DNA of 64,000 nt from Candidatus Hydrogenedentota bacterium (GTDB taxonomy: Bacteria; Hydrogenedentota; Hydrogenedentia; Hydrogenedentales; JAEUWI01). The stretch covers positions 11,934 through 75,933 of the forward strand of contig JAXMOL010000041.1 in NCBI GenBank assembly GCA_034669905.1, read 5' to 3'. This document shows, one piece after another, positions 29,667 through 40,223 of this stretch. The translations under genes and the position numbers were made by a program. The notes under the pieces were generated by a model, which worked only from the letters and a program-made list of their open reading frames with translations, searched no databases and was not told the origin of the DNA. Position 1 is the stretch's first letter, and the number at the start of each line of letters is the position of its first letter.

Positions 29667-31715
29667 ATGATTGAGTTTAATTGCGAACATTGTGGCAAGG
29701 AACTTCACCTTGCCGATAACTATGCGGGTCGTGATGGGTGGTGCCGTGTCTGTAAACGCATGGTCATCGTTCCGGCCAACGGCAAGACGCAACATGTGGA
29801 CGAACTGCCCCCGGCTGAGGGTTATGAGCGGCTCCAGCGCTTGCTTCAATACGCTGCCACCAAGGCCGATAAGTTCAAACTCCACCTGGCCCAGCAAAGC
29901 CAATCAGATCGCCGGGAGGAGCAACTGGAGGCCGAACTGCATGCGGCCCAGGAGCAACTGGCAGAGAAGGAACAGGCCCTGGCCATAGCGTATGAGGCGG
30001 AAAGCGCCCAGGAGCAAGCCCACGCCCGGAAACTCGAAGAGGCCATGGCCATGGTTGCCTCGCTGGAAGCCGCCCTGGCCACGTCGGATACCCAGGCCGA
30101 TAAGCAGCGGGATAAGGAATTGCTTGCCCTGGAGCAGGCGTTGAATGCGTCTCAGGAAGAAGCCACGGCACTTGCGCTTCAGGTCAGCGAACAGACCCAG
30201 GAATTGAGCGCACTCCAGGAACAGTTGGATTCCCGGGAACCGGAATCCCTGGCGGCCCAGAAGGCCCAGGAGGAGTTGGCTTCCGAGTGCGATTCCCTCC
30301 GACGCGCCCTGAAGGACCAGGAAAGTGCCCTGGATACGGCCAACGCGGAAGTCCAGCGATTATCCGAACGACTCGCCAGTCAGGCTTCTCCCGAGGATGC
30401 TGCGCGGGCGGATCAGGAAGAGATCGCGCGTTTGAACACGGCCTTGACCGAGCTGAAGAGCAGCCTGAGCGACGTGGAAGCCGAACGGGATGCCAGGGAG
30501 ACGGAAGCGGCGGCCCTTCGTGATGCGCTCAAGGATCATGAGAAAAATATTGCTCAAATGGAAGAAGAGATTCGGACCCAGAACGAAGCGCTCGGCAATC
30601 TTCAGGCACGCCATGAGGATAGAGAGCGCACGACCCGTGAGCAGATTTTCGCCCTGGAAGAACAAGTCGGCCTCTTCGACGAGTTAACGGCCCGGGTCTC
30701 CAGTCTTCAGACGAAAGTAAGTACCCTGGACCAGGAACGGATCGACCTTACCTTGCGACTGGAAGAAGCCCAACGGCAACAAACGGTTGCCTCGAAGAAA
30801 TGTGATTCCCTCGAGCAACGCCTCCAGGAAGCGACGGACGAAAAGGCGGCCCACCTGATCCAGTTGGAAGAGTATCAACGGGAGGGTGCCTGCAAGGAAT
30901 CCCAGATAGCCCAGCTCAAAGAAGAGCTCCGCGTCCAGACCGAAGCCCAACATGCCGCTGCGTTGGAGCGGGAAAAGGAAATTCGGAACCTCCAGCAGAA
31001 AGACGCTGAAGTCCTTGCCTTGAATGCGTCCCTGGAAGAGACCAATACCCACCTGGCCGCGCAACAGACCACCTGCAGCGAGCTGGAACAACGCCTCGCC
31101 GCGCAACAGACGGCCTACAGCGAACTGGAGCAACACCTCGCCGAGCAACAGACGGCCTACAGCGGACTGGAACAACACCTGGGTGAGCAGCAGACCGCCT
31201 ACAGCGAGCTGGAGCAACGCCTGACCGAGCAACAGACGGCCTATAGCGAGCTGGAACAACGCCTGGGTGAGCAGCAGACCGCCTATAGCGAGCTGGAACA
31301 ACGACTGGCCGAGGCAGATGCGGAACAGGCCCGTCTCGTGGCGCAACGGGAGGCTTCCGCTCAATCTGACAGCGAAGAGAGTCAGGCCCTGCTGGAGACC
31401 CGTTCCAAAATCGATTCGTTGGAAGCCGAATTGCGGGATCATCGGGAGCAAGCCAATAGCTACCGGGCCGAAGCGGATCGGCTGAAACTCTCGCTCTCCA
31501 ATGCCGAAACCCAGATCCAGGAATTGGAAGCGGAATTGAACGAACTGGAAGATAGCACCCCCCCGCCGCCCCCGTCGCAGCGCGTCACGGAATCTCAGGA
31601 CGATACGACGGAAACCGCTGAAGCAATCTTTGTGGTGGACCCGGTTTCCGAATTGCAGCGCCAACAGGAACGGAAGCAAATGATGGATGTACTTTCGGAT
31701 TTTCTCGAAAAGTAA
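29667..31715 (+). CDS. Zn-ribbon plus long coiled-coil protein
   Basis: MIEFNCEHCGK...WCRVC; ~550 aa E/Q/L/A-rich heptads; no TM; Pro-rich linker and acidic tail. Confidence 0.8.
   Translation: MIEFNCEHCGKELHLADNYAGRDGWCRVCKRMVIVPANGKTQHVDELPPAEGYERLQRLLQYAATKADKFKLHLAQQSQSDRREEQLEAELHAAQEQLAEKEQALAIAYEAESAQEQAHARKLEEAMAMVASLEAALATSDTQADKQRDKELLALEQALNASQEEATALALQVSEQTQELSALQEQLDSREPESLAAQKAQEELASECDSLRRALKDQESALDTANAEVQRLSERLASQASPEDAARADQEEIARLNTALTELKSSLSDVEAERDARETEAAALRDALKDHEKNIAQMEEEIRTQNEALGNLQARHEDRERTTREQIFALEEQVGLFDELTARVSSLQTKVSTLDQERIDLTLRLEEAQRQQTVASKKCDSLEQRLQEATDEKAAHLIQLEEYQREGACKESQIAQLKEELRVQTEAQHAAALEREKEIRNLQQKDAEVLALNASLEETNTHLAAQQTTCSELEQRLAAQQTAYSELEQHLAEQQTAYSGLEQHLGEQQTAYSELEQRLTEQQTAYSELEQRLGEQQTAYSELEQRLAEADAEQARLVAQREASAQSDSEESQALLETRSKIDSLEAELRDHREQANSYRAEADRLKLSLSNAETQIQELEAELNELEDSTPPPPPSQRVTESQDDTTETAEAIFVVDPVSELQRQQERKQMMDVLSDFLEK
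31053..31304 (+). repeat. Six tandem 42-bp repeats encoding LxEQQTAYSELEQR
   Basis: Direct reading of DNA and protein. Confidence 0.9.
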
Positions 31716-31792
31716 GTTACAATAGGGAAATCCAGGGTGCATCATTCCAGCGGTTGCGGCAATATGAACCAACATGAAGGCTGTATTTTCTC

Positions 31793-32467
31793 ATGCGAAA
31801 GCTCTTTATAACCTGTACCTGTGGTCAGCAAATGCAGGTTCCCCGTTCTGCTATCGGTAAAATGGGCCAATGCCCTTCCTGTGGGGACAAAATTCCCATC
31901 ACCCGGGAAACTACTTCGCGGACACGCCGGGCCTCCATGGCCAAGGGAACGCCAAATCCGAATCGCTGGGGCAGGCAAAAGGGCCCTTCTATCGAAGCCA
32001 AAGAGCGCTTTGGCCGTGCCGTGGACCTCTATTGCGCCGGCAACTATGGGGAAGCCCTGGTTATCTTCAACATGTTGAGCCAGGAGTTTCCGGACAGCAT
32101 TGAGATCCAAAAAGCCCGGGAGCAATGTATTGAAGCCCGCAACCGGGACCCCCTCAATCTGCCTGATCCGGCCTCTGGCCAGGTCATGGGCGACCAACTT
32201 GACGAGGGAATCCTCCGTTCCATGCGCCGTATCGTGGTGGAAAAAATGCTCCATGGCTCCTCTGATGCGGTTCAATTGCAGGCGGCGGAACTCGTCGCCC
32301 GCATGGCGGGAGTTCTGGATGGTCCCCCCCCCACGGAAGATACGACCGATGACCGCTCGGACCCCATGGCGGAAGAAGAGGAATCGTCTCATGAAGGAAA
32401 CGGACATCCCCAGTCCTCCCCCGACAATCTCACCGTGGATGTCGACGTGAACGAGGTATCCCGGTGA
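31793..32467 (+). CDS. Zn-ribbon plus TPR-like helical protein
   Basis: ITCTCGQ..GKMGQCPSC; FGRAVDLY..GNYGEALVIF..FPDS TPR-like segment; acidic tail. Confidence 0.7.
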   Translation: MRKLFITCTCGQQMQVPRSAIGKMGQCPSCGDKIPITRETTSRTRRASMAKGTPNPNRWGRQKGPSIEAKERFGRAVDLYCAGNYGEALVIFNMLSQEFPDSIEIQKAREQCIEARNRDPLNLPDPASGQVMGDQLDEGILRSMRRIVVEKMLHGSSDAVQLQAAELVARMAGVLDGPPPTEDTTDDRSDPMAEEEESSHEGNGHPQSSPDNLTVDVDVNEVSR

Positions 32468-35058
32468 TTCGCCCGGGCAACGAGGCTGAAATTTCCACGT
32501 CATCCACCCGTGGCCACCGTTTATCCCCGCTGCCATCCCTGTTTTTTGTGATGCTGCTCGGCTTCGCCCTGATACCGTACACCGTCTCCAGCGCGCCATT
32601 GCCTGAATACACCGGAAGCGATCCCGTGGTCGAAGCCCAGTATGACGGGGTAGACCGGCTGCTTGTCCTCTCGGATCGCTGGCTCATTGTGGTTACATCG
32701 ACCACCGATGAAATCATCGAAACGATCGACGAACTCACCCATGGTCAGTACAAGCGGGCCATTAACGCCTGGGACAGCTCCACGAGTAATCCGAAACCGG
32801 ACTGGACCATGCGGAAAGTGCTGGATAATCTCCGCACGGAACATATCGCACAGGCCCGTATCGCCGTCGGGGAACGGGAGTTGCTCCTGCCAACAGCCTA
32901 TCGGGTGGAGAGCACCGCTGATTCCAATTACAGTACGGCGCAGCCCCCCAGGCAAGTCGCCTATGTTCCGGTCGGCCTGGGTGCAGAGCATCGCACCGGT
33001 GGACCCCGCATCGATTATGCCCACTACAGTTATATCGGGTTACCCCATCCGCTGAAGCGTGGTTCGGAATATACGATCACCGTCCAGGATAAAAAGTCGG
33101 TTCGCTTTACTTTTGACGAGCGCCACAGCCTTTCCCGGGCCATCAAGGTGAATCAGGTTGGCTATCTCTCCGATGCGCCCCACAAGTACGCCTATCTCGG
33201 GGCACACCTCTACAGCGCGGGTCCCATGGACTGCAGCGCCTACAAGACCTTCGAAGTGGTCGATAATGCCTCGGGTAAGGTCGTCTTTGAAGGCCCTGTC
33301 GCCCCCCACGACCAGAATAGTTGGACCGTTCCCGGTAAAGGGAGTGACCGGGCCCCGGTCATGCTCCATGGCGAGAATGTCTATGAACTGGATTTCAGCG
33401 GCCTGGAAGCCACCGGGACCTTCTATATCCGCGTCCCCGGCGTGGGGCGTTCCTGGCCCTTCAAACACGGCCCGGATGCCTACGGAGAGGCCTTTTACAC
33501 GGCGGCCCGGGGTTTTTATCACCAGCGCTGTGGAATCGCCTATGAGGCCCCCTACACGGCCTGGAAGCGGCGCCTCTGCCACACCGATCCGGTTTATGAA
33601 AGCGAACATATCGAATTTCCCCGGGGAGAGGTTAATCGTCCCAGGGGCTACGAACGGTTTGATGTAATCGGGGCTACCACGGATAAGACCCGGCAGACCG
33701 ATGATGCCCGGGGCGGCTGGCACGATGCGGCGGATTGGGACCGTGCCGGTACCCATTACGCCGGTGTCTTCGATTTTCTTTATGCCTATGAGCTGGCCCC
33801 CTCCAAGTTTTCAGATGGCCAGCTGAATCTCCCGGAATCGAAAAACGGCGTCCCCGATGTGCTGGATGAAGCCCACTATGGGTTGGAAGTCTGGCGCAAG
33901 AGTATGCGTGCCGACGGCGGGGTCTCCGGTGCCGTCGAAACCTGGACCCACCCCCGTATCGACGGCGACCCGGTCTATGCCTATGCCCAACGAACCCGGT
34001 GGGATTCCCTCCTCTTTGCCGCGGCGGCCGCCCAATTGGCCCAACATCTCAAGGTCTTCGACGAGAAGACGAGCGCCCTTTATCAGGAAGCTGCCATAAA
34101 GGCCTGGGGTTTCGGAATTAATCCGGCTAACAGCCTGGGTAAGACCACCATTCATGCCAAACGCAACCGGGGTCAAGGGGAAGCCTACACCATCGAATGG
34201 GAAGAAAAAGACGCCTATGTCGTTCCCTATCGTCTTCATGCCGGTGTACGCCTCTACCTGTTGACCGGCGACAAGCAATACCTGGAAAACATCCCCCAGG
34301 CGCTCAAGAGTTCCTTTCGCCCCTATGTCTGGCCCTGTACCCTTTCGGACTACTCGCCCTGGGTCTATTTTTCCCTCGCCTATGAGACGGAAGGAATCCT
34401 GCCCGATTTCCAGCGGCGCCGCCTGATGAAATCCTACTTTCTCGACCCGGCAGATCAACTGGTTTCTATGGCCGAATCCATGCCCTACCGCTTCAGTTGG
34501 CCCCGCAATAAGAGCTATGGACTGGTATGGGGCGAATCGGTCATGACCAATCCGGGCCGGGCACTCCTTATCGCCCATGCCCTCACCGGCAATGAAAAAT
34601 ACCGTGACACCGCGCTGCAAAACCTGGATTTCATGCTGGGCGCCAATCCCATGGGGATGTCGTGGACCACGGGGATCGGCTACTCCTATCCGACCGACAT
34701 TCAACATGGGGTCAGTCAATACGATGGCATCACAGACCCCGTACCCGGTATTACCCTCTACAGTGTGACCAGTGGCATTTACCCCGCCCTGCGCAATGAG
34801 GTGTGGCGCTCTCCCGGGGGAGCAACCTCGGCAGAGCCCGTGGTCTTCCAGATACCGGAAGTGCCCCTGTGGCGGAGTTGGTCCTGTCATCCCGATGTCA
34901 ACGCGGTAGAATGTGAATTCACGATCCATGAAACCATGAGTTCCATGTTCTTCTGCACGGCCATGATGGTCTCCGATGGTTGGAAACCCGACGACGCCCT
35001 CCTTGCCCGTGAACCCCGAGAGGAAGGCGATCTTCATGGTCGCTGGTACCTTCCCTGA
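32464..35058 (+). CDS. Glycoside hydrolase family 9 with N-terminal Ig-like (CelD_N) domain, secreted
   Basis: IKVNQVGY, FYHQRCG, DARGGWHDAADWD, NGVPDVLDEA, LGANPMGMSWTTGIG, C-terminal ECEFTIHE; exact start uncertain. Confidence 0.88.
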   Translation: MIRPGNEAEISTSSTRGHRLSPLPSLFFVMLLGFALIPYTVSSAPLPEYTGSDPVVEAQYDGVDRLLVLSDRWLIVVTSTTDEIIETIDELTHGQYKRAINAWDSSTSNPKPDWTMRKVLDNLRTEHIAQARIAVGERELLLPTAYRVESTADSNYSTAQPPRQVAYVPVGLGAEHRTGGPRIDYAHYSYIGLPHPLKRGSEYTITVQDKKSVRFTFDERHSLSRAIKVNQVGYLSDAPHKYAYLGAHLYSAGPMDCSAYKTFEVVDNASGKVVFEGPVAPHDQNSWTVPGKGSDRAPVMLHGENVYELDFSGLEATGTFYIRVPGVGRSWPFKHGPDAYGEAFYTAARGFYHQRCGIAYEAPYTAWKRRLCHTDPVYESEHIEFPRGEVNRPRGYERFDVIGATTDKTRQTDDARGGWHDAADWDRAGTHYAGVFDFLYAYELAPSKFSDGQLNLPESKNGVPDVLDEAHYGLEVWRKSMRADGGVSGAVETWTHPRIDGDPVYAYAQRTRWDSLLFAAAAAQLAQHLKVFDEKTSALYQEAAIKAWGFGINPANSLGKTTIHAKRNRGQGEAYTIEWEEKDAYVVPYRLHAGVRLYLLTGDKQYLENIPQALKSSFRPYVWPCTLSDYSPWVYFSLAYETEGILPDFQRRRLMKSYFLDPADQLVSMAESMPYRFSWPRNKSYGLVWGESVMTNPGRALLIAHALTGNEKYRDTALQNLDFMLGANPMGMSWTTGIGYSYPTDIQHGVSQYDGITDPVPGITLYSVTSGIYPALRNEVWRSPGGATSAEPVVFQIPEVPLWRSWSCHPDVNAVECEFTIHETMSSMFFCTAMMVSDGWKPDDALLAREPREEGDLHGRWYLP

Positions 35059-35142
35059 TCCCCCTGCCATTGCAATCCACGGAAATCCGCTATACTATGG
35101 CTTTTCCTCTGGAGAGCTTTGGGATGGAGTGTCGGTATTCTC

Positions 35143-35733
35143 GTGATTAAGAGCGTGTGTGTGTTTGCTGCTTCTAGTGATGCTACGGCCGGAGCCTGGG
35201 GCGATGCCACGACCCGGTTAGGTCATTTGCTCGCCGAATCAGGCCTGGAATTGGTCTTCGGCGCCGGTAAAGTCGGACTCATGGGCTGCGTGGCCCGAGG
35301 CGTCCATGCCCGGGGGGGGACCGTCATCGGCGTTATCCCCGAGCGCCTCAATGTCCCTGCACTCACCTATCATTCCTGCGACGAACTGATCGTCACCCAG
35401 ACCATGGCCGAGCGTAAAGCCCTGATGACCGCACGTTCCCAGGCTTTTATCATCCTTCCCGGTGGCTTTGGCACGCTGGAAGAGCTCTTCGAAGTGCTCG
35501 TGCTCAAGCAGTTGGGCTACCACGATAAGCCCATCGTTTTCCTTAATCTGGACGGGGCCTTTGATTCGCTCATGGCCTGTTTCGCCGACATGGTGGATAC
35601 CGATCGTGTGAAAGAAGATCAGTGCGATCTCTTTACGGTAGCGACCACGCCCGAGGCTGCACTCGAAGCCCTGACCCAATACCGGGCGCCCATCGTTTCG
35701 GAAAAATGGACCGAGGCCGAAACCAGTCCCTAG
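35143..35733 (+). CDS. LOG family (TIGR00730) nucleotide phosphoribohydrolase
   Basis: VCVFAASS, GLMG, MAERK, PGGFGTLEE signature; start at GTG 35143 (ORF track 35119). Confidence 0.9.
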   Translation: MIKSVCVFAASSDATAGAWGDATTRLGHLLAESGLELVFGAGKVGLMGCVARGVHARGGTVIGVIPERLNVPALTYHSCDELIVTQTMAERKALMTARSQAFIILPGGFGTLEELFEVLVLKQLGYHDKPIVFLNLDGAFDSLMACFADMVDTDRVKEDQCDLFTVATTPEAALEALTQYRAPIVSEKWTEAETSP

Positions 35734-35810
35734 TCCCATCTGATTCATCCCGCCACCGGTTCAATCCGAGGCATGGTTAACCATCATCCCTGTCCGAAGG
35801 AGTATTTTCC

Positions 35811-38525
35811 GTGACCGAGTCCACCGCGCCACGAACTGCCCGTACCCACCTGCTACTCTTCTTTCTGGTGCTCCTGTTCTTCTTTATTTCCGGCGCCTGC
35901 GGCCTGCTCTACCAGGTCGTGTGGACCCGGAAACTTGTCCTCCTCTTTGGCACCACCTCCCACGCGGTATCGACGGTGCTCTCGATTTTCTTCCTGGGAC
36001 TGGGCGTCGGAAGTATCTGGGGAGGACGCCTCGCGGATCGCTCATCCCGTCCCCTTCAACTGTATGGTGTCTTCGAGATTATTATTGGTATCTGGGCCCT
36101 CGCCTTTCTTTTCGCCGCCACCTATGGCGAAGGGGTAGTGGTCTCGCTACTACGACACTTTCATCTATCGCCAGCAACGGGCACCCTCTTTCGCGGGCTA
36201 CTGGCGCTTCTGCTCCTCTTCATTCCCGTATCGCTCATGGGCGCAACCCTGCCCCTGTTGGCCCGCTTCGTTTCGCGGGAGGTACAGGTGCGGGGAATGC
36301 CCATCGGCGCGCTCTATACGCTGAACACCCTGGGTGCCGTGACTGGATGCTTCCTCGCCGGTTTTTTTCTGATTCCCGCCTTGGGCTATACCCACACCAC
36401 CCTGTGGGGTGCGGCGGCGAACGTGCTCGTAGGTTTCGCGGCCTGGATCATCTCTTTACGCCTGGAAAAAAGTGAGGCAAAGGCGCAAGTTTCAGCAACA
36501 TTGGATGGACCGGTCCCCGCTCCCTGGAACAGGACGCGTACCCTGGTTATCGCGGCCTTCTTCCTCTCTGGTTTCTGTTCGCTGGGTCTCGAAGTCTTGT
36601 GGACGCGCCTGCTTTCTATTATTTTTCTGGGCACTACCTATGCCTATACCAGCATGCTGACCACGCTCCTGTTGGGCATTGCGCTCGGCAGCGCCTTTGC
36701 ATCTATCTTGGTGGATCGGCTCCGTCGCCCCGCCCTGTGGCTCGGTGCGGTACTCGCCCTGACGGGTGTGGGCTGCATCTATATGCTGGGCATTCTCAGT
36801 GACATGCCCCACGCTATACAGCAGCTTCAAATTGATAGTGGCGGGGTATGGGATAACGTAATACGGGGTAAATTCTGGCTGGCCTTTCGGGCCCTGTTTA
36901 TCCCCACCTTTTTACTGGGCATGACTTTTCCTTTGGTCGTGAAAGCGATCAGTAGTACGAGCGCCACCCTGGGCCGGGATGTAGGACGCCTTTATGCCTC
37001 CAACACCGTCGGCGGGGTACTCGGATCATTGGCCGGTGGTTTTCTTCTCATTCCCTGGCTCGGAACCCACTGGGGCATTATCTTTTTCGCGCTGGTTCTC
37101 ACCGCTGCAGGCCTGATCCTGGTTATCGCCAACAACAACACTTCGGGAGTACTTAAGGGGATAGCCACCCTTGTGGTGGTAATGGGACTTACCCTGAGTT
37201 TCTGGCGGGCGCCAGAAGATGTTAACCAGTCGTTGAATGCGGGCTATATTCCCGAAGACCACCATGTATTGCACTACAAGGAAGGCGTGGAAGCGACGGT
37301 GGCCGTGTCGGAACCCCGCAGCGAAGCAGCTGGCACCAATCGCGTGCTCTGGATCAACCGGGTACAGGCCACGACCTCCATCGAAAAAGGCGTGAAGATG
37401 AACCGTCTTCAGGGGGTATTGCCCTTGCTCTTCGACCGCCAACCGACTGATGTATTATTCATGTGTTTTGGATCGGGCATTACCTGTGGCACCCTGGCCC
37501 TGTCGGATTTCGAGCGGATTGACGCCGTGGATATTTCGCCGGAAGTGCTGGAAGCGGCTCCCTATTTTGAAGTCGATAACCTCGGGGTCATTGAGCGTCC
37601 TGAAGTTACGTTTCACGTGGATGACGGGCGGAATTTCCTGCTTACTTCGGATCACGCCTACGACATCATTACCTTCGAGCCCATGCCCCTGGCCATGGCG
37701 GGCGTGTCGACCTTCTATACGCAGGAGTACTATAGACACTGTCTGAATCACTTAAAGCCTGGGGGCATGGTATCCCAGTGGATTCCCCTCCACAGCCTGA
37801 ATCCTGAAATCGTAAAGTCCCTTACCGCAACTTTCACGTCGGTGTTCCCCCATTACACCGGATGGTTTATCAACGCCGATCTCTTTCTCATTGGGTCCAA
37901 CGAGCCGCTCCGACTCGATGCCACGGCCCTGCAGGAACGGCTGGCCAAACCGGATCTGAAAAAGGCACTGGCCGATGTGGGCTTCACCGATATCCCGTCA
38001 ATTCTGGGCTGTTATCTTATGGCCGAGGAAGGCCTTGATGCCTATGCAGAAGGAGGAAGCATCATGCAGGATGACCTCCCCTGGGCCGAGTTTGAAGCGC
38101 CCAAGCTCGTGTACAGTAGAACCCAACATGAATCTATGAATGCCCTGGAAAAGCACATGAGTAGCCCGCTGCCCCTCTTCCTTCCCGATACGGATCCCGA
38201 TTTCCTTGCCGTCATCGACAAACGCCACCGTGCCCGTACCCACGACATGAAGGGACTACAGGCCTATTATGGCGGTATGGCCATCGGGGACGAGGCAACG
38301 GACCTCTTTTTGAAGTCCCTGGAAATTGATCCGGACAATAAGAACGCCCAGTATTACCTGCGCCAGATTGCGCGTATGCAGGGTAGCGCCTTTATCCGAT
38401 GGAAAGAGTACGACAAGGTGGAGCGGCTGCTGGAACGGTTGCTGCCTTACATGCCCGACGCACCGGAGTTACAGGATATATCCGAGGAACTGACCAGGGC
38501 ACAGGCGGAAGACAAGCAGCAATAA
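35811..38525 (+). CDS. Membrane-bound spermidine-synthase-like (MFS-like TM + SAM-fold) protein with C-terminal TPR
   Basis: SGACGLLYQVVWTR, LMGATLP, LYTLNTLGA TM repeats; FGSGIT, DDGRNFL, LKPGG; AAGGAG RBS. Confidence 0.85.
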   Translation: MTESTAPRTARTHLLLFFLVLLFFFISGACGLLYQVVWTRKLVLLFGTTSHAVSTVLSIFFLGLGVGSIWGGRLADRSSRPLQLYGVFEIIIGIWALAFLFAATYGEGVVVSLLRHFHLSPATGTLFRGLLALLLLFIPVSLMGATLPLLARFVSREVQVRGMPIGALYTLNTLGAVTGCFLAGFFLIPALGYTHTTLWGAAANVLVGFAAWIISLRLEKSEAKAQVSATLDGPVPAPWNRTRTLVIAAFFLSGFCSLGLEVLWTRLLSIIFLGTTYAYTSMLTTLLLGIALGSAFASILVDRLRRPALWLGAVLALTGVGCIYMLGILSDMPHAIQQLQIDSGGVWDNVIRGKFWLAFRALFIPTFLLGMTFPLVVKAISSTSATLGRDVGRLYASNTVGGVLGSLAGGFLLIPWLGTHWGIIFFALVLTAAGLILVIANNNTSGVLKGIATLVVVMGLTLSFWRAPEDVNQSLNAGYIPEDHHVLHYKEGVEATVAVSEPRSEAAGTNRVLWINRVQATTSIEKGVKMNRLQGVLPLLFDRQPTDVLFMCFGSGITCGTLALSDFERIDAVDISPEVLEAAPYFEVDNLGVIERPEVTFHVDDGRNFLLTSDHAYDIITFEPMPLAMAGVSTFYTQEYYRHCLNHLKPGGMVSQWIPLHSLNPEIVKSLTATFTSVFPHYTGWFINADLFLIGSNEPLRLDATALQERLAKPDLKKALADVGFTDIPSILGCYLMAEEGLDAYAEGGSIMQDDLPWAEFEAPKLVYSRTQHESMNALEKHMSSPLPLFLPDTDPDFLAVIDKRHRARTHDMKGLQAYYGGMAIGDEATDLFLKSLEIDPDNKNAQYYLRQIARMQGSAFIRWKEYDKVERLLERLLPYMPDAPELQDISEELTRAQAEDKQQ

Positions 38526-38552
38526 GACAAGTCCCCTCATGAAATATTATTG

Positions 38553-38584
38553 AACGGCGGAATGTCACAGGACATTCCGCCGTT
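38553..38584. terminator. Probable bidirectional intrinsic terminator
   Basis: AACGGCGGAATGTC-acag-GACATTCCGCCGTT perfect 14-bp stem between convergent genes. Confidence 0.8.
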
Positions 38585-38607
38585 TATTGCATCTTGACAG
38601 GTTTCAC

Positions 38608-39984
38608 TCAGAGGGTCCAGCCGTCGCGATACGGTGGATTTACAAGGGCATTGGCTTCGGCATCGTTGCTAATCGTCTGCGAAACCCCATCCCATTCTAG
38701 GCGGCGATCTTTCATCCGGATAGCGAGTACCCCGATCAAGACCATTTCTGTTAAGGGACCACCATATTCAAAACTTGAGCTGGCCGGACGACCATCTTTA
38801 CAGGCACGAATCCAATCCTGCTCGTGGGCCCCGGACTTCTGTTCCACCCGGGGAATGCTTTCCGCCGGATCGGTATAGGAATTCCGCAGGGACTCGGGCA
38901 ATAACCGGGCTCCCCCGGCCCCATGGGAGCCATGAACAATTACCCCTTTTTCGCCCACGAAGATGGCCCCATTACTGGGCAGCTCAAAATCGCCGGGCAA
39001 CACATCGGGAATCGGCGGCTTCAAGCGGCCGTCATACCACGTAAGATCAACCGGGGGCATGGCACCCCGTTTCGGGAAGTGGTAGCGCACCACACAGGCG
39101 CGGGGATAGGTTTCCGACTGTATCCCTTCCTGGTAGTGGGTTGTGGAAGCCTGTACCTGGCTGGGATGGCCCAGATCGAGGGCGTAGAAGGCTGGATCAA
39201 GGATATGACAGCCCATGTCCCCCAGGGGGCCTGTGCCGAAATCGTAAAATCCACGCCAACTCATCGGGTGGTAGATGGGATGATAGGGCCGCATGGGAGC
39301 GGGGCCAATCCACAAGTCCCAGTTCAGGGATTCTGGCACGGGAGGCGTATCGGCAGGACGGGCCATCATGGGAAAGTCGGACCACGGATCACCGCCTACG
39401 GGTCGGTCACTCCAGGCATGCACTTCGCTCACGTCCCCAATAGCCCCGTCGGCAATCCATTCCTTCACCTGACGAATCTGATTGGAAGAATGGCCCTGGT
39501 TGCCCATCTGGGTCTGGACTCCGGCCGCCCGCGCCGCTTCGGTGACCATCCGCACTTCATGGAGGCTGTGGGCCAGGGGCTTCTGACAATAGAGATGCTT
39601 CCCATGGGCGATACTCGCCATCGATATGACCGCGTGGGTGTGGTCCGGGGTGGCGCAAATGACCGCATCAAAGTCGTTTGCGGCCTTATCAAACATATCC
39701 CGGAAATCGACGAAGCGTTTGGCATTCGGATGGGCATCAAATACCTTGGCCGCATGGGCGGAATCCACATCACACAATGCCACGATGTTTTCCGTGCTGC
39801 ATGCATTGATATTGCCACTCCCCATACCACCAATGCCCACGGCGGCGATGTTGAGCTTTTCATTGGGCGAAATCTTTCCGGGAACAACCCGGGCCGAGTT
39901 GACCGATGTGGTCGTGCAGGCCGAAAGCGCCATGGTCGTCGTCGAGGCCAGAAAGGCGCGGCGGGTCAATTCGTGCTTCGTCAT
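38608..39984 (-). CDS. Gfo/Idh/MocA oxidoreductase, Tat-exported (possible lipoprotein)
   Basis: MTKHELTRRAFL twin-arginine signal, LSAC; VGIGGMG, ATPDHTH, CQKP, GDMGCH; GGAGAG RBS. Confidence 0.9.
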   Translation of the reverse strand: MTKHELTRRAFLASTTTMALSACTTTSVNSARVVPGKISPNEKLNIAAVGIGGMGSGNINACSTENIVALCDVDSAHAAKVFDAHPNAKRFVDFRDMFDKAANDFDAVICATPDHTHAVISMASIAHGKHLYCQKPLAHSLHEVRMVTEAARAAGVQTQMGNQGHSSNQIRQVKEWIADGAIGDVSEVHAWSDRPVGGDPWSDFPMMARPADTPPVPESLNWDLWIGPAPMRPYHPIYHPMSWRGFYDFGTGPLGDMGCHILDPAFYALDLGHPSQVQASTTHYQEGIQSETYPRACVVRYHFPKRGAMPPVDLTWYDGRLKPPIPDVLPGDFELPSNGAIFVGEKGVIVHGSHGAGGARLLPESLRNSYTDPAESIPRVEQKSGAHEQDWIRACKDGRPASSSFEYGGPLTEMVLIGVLAIRMKDRRLEWDGVSQTISNDAEANALVNPPYRDGWTL

Positions 39985-40223
39985 AGGGTGCTCTCCCAAA
40001 TCCAGGTGTTGAAACCATCTCACAAGGAATACAGCCTATCGGAAGCGATGCGCCGTTGTCTATTACCGACACCTGGGATCAGCCAGTCAGATTGGTTGCT
40101 GATTGGCCAACCGTACCGCCCCCATCAGATACCGGATCCGCCCGAAATTGGTCCTTACATCTCCATATGTGGTGTTTCCATTTCTCAACGAAAAGTGTCC
40201 ATTTTTCGAGCATATTGGGGAGG

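Noticed and set aside
31053..31304. 42-bp repeats as CRISPR or non-coding VNTR
   Set aside because: No spacers; in-frame coiled-coil coding repeats.
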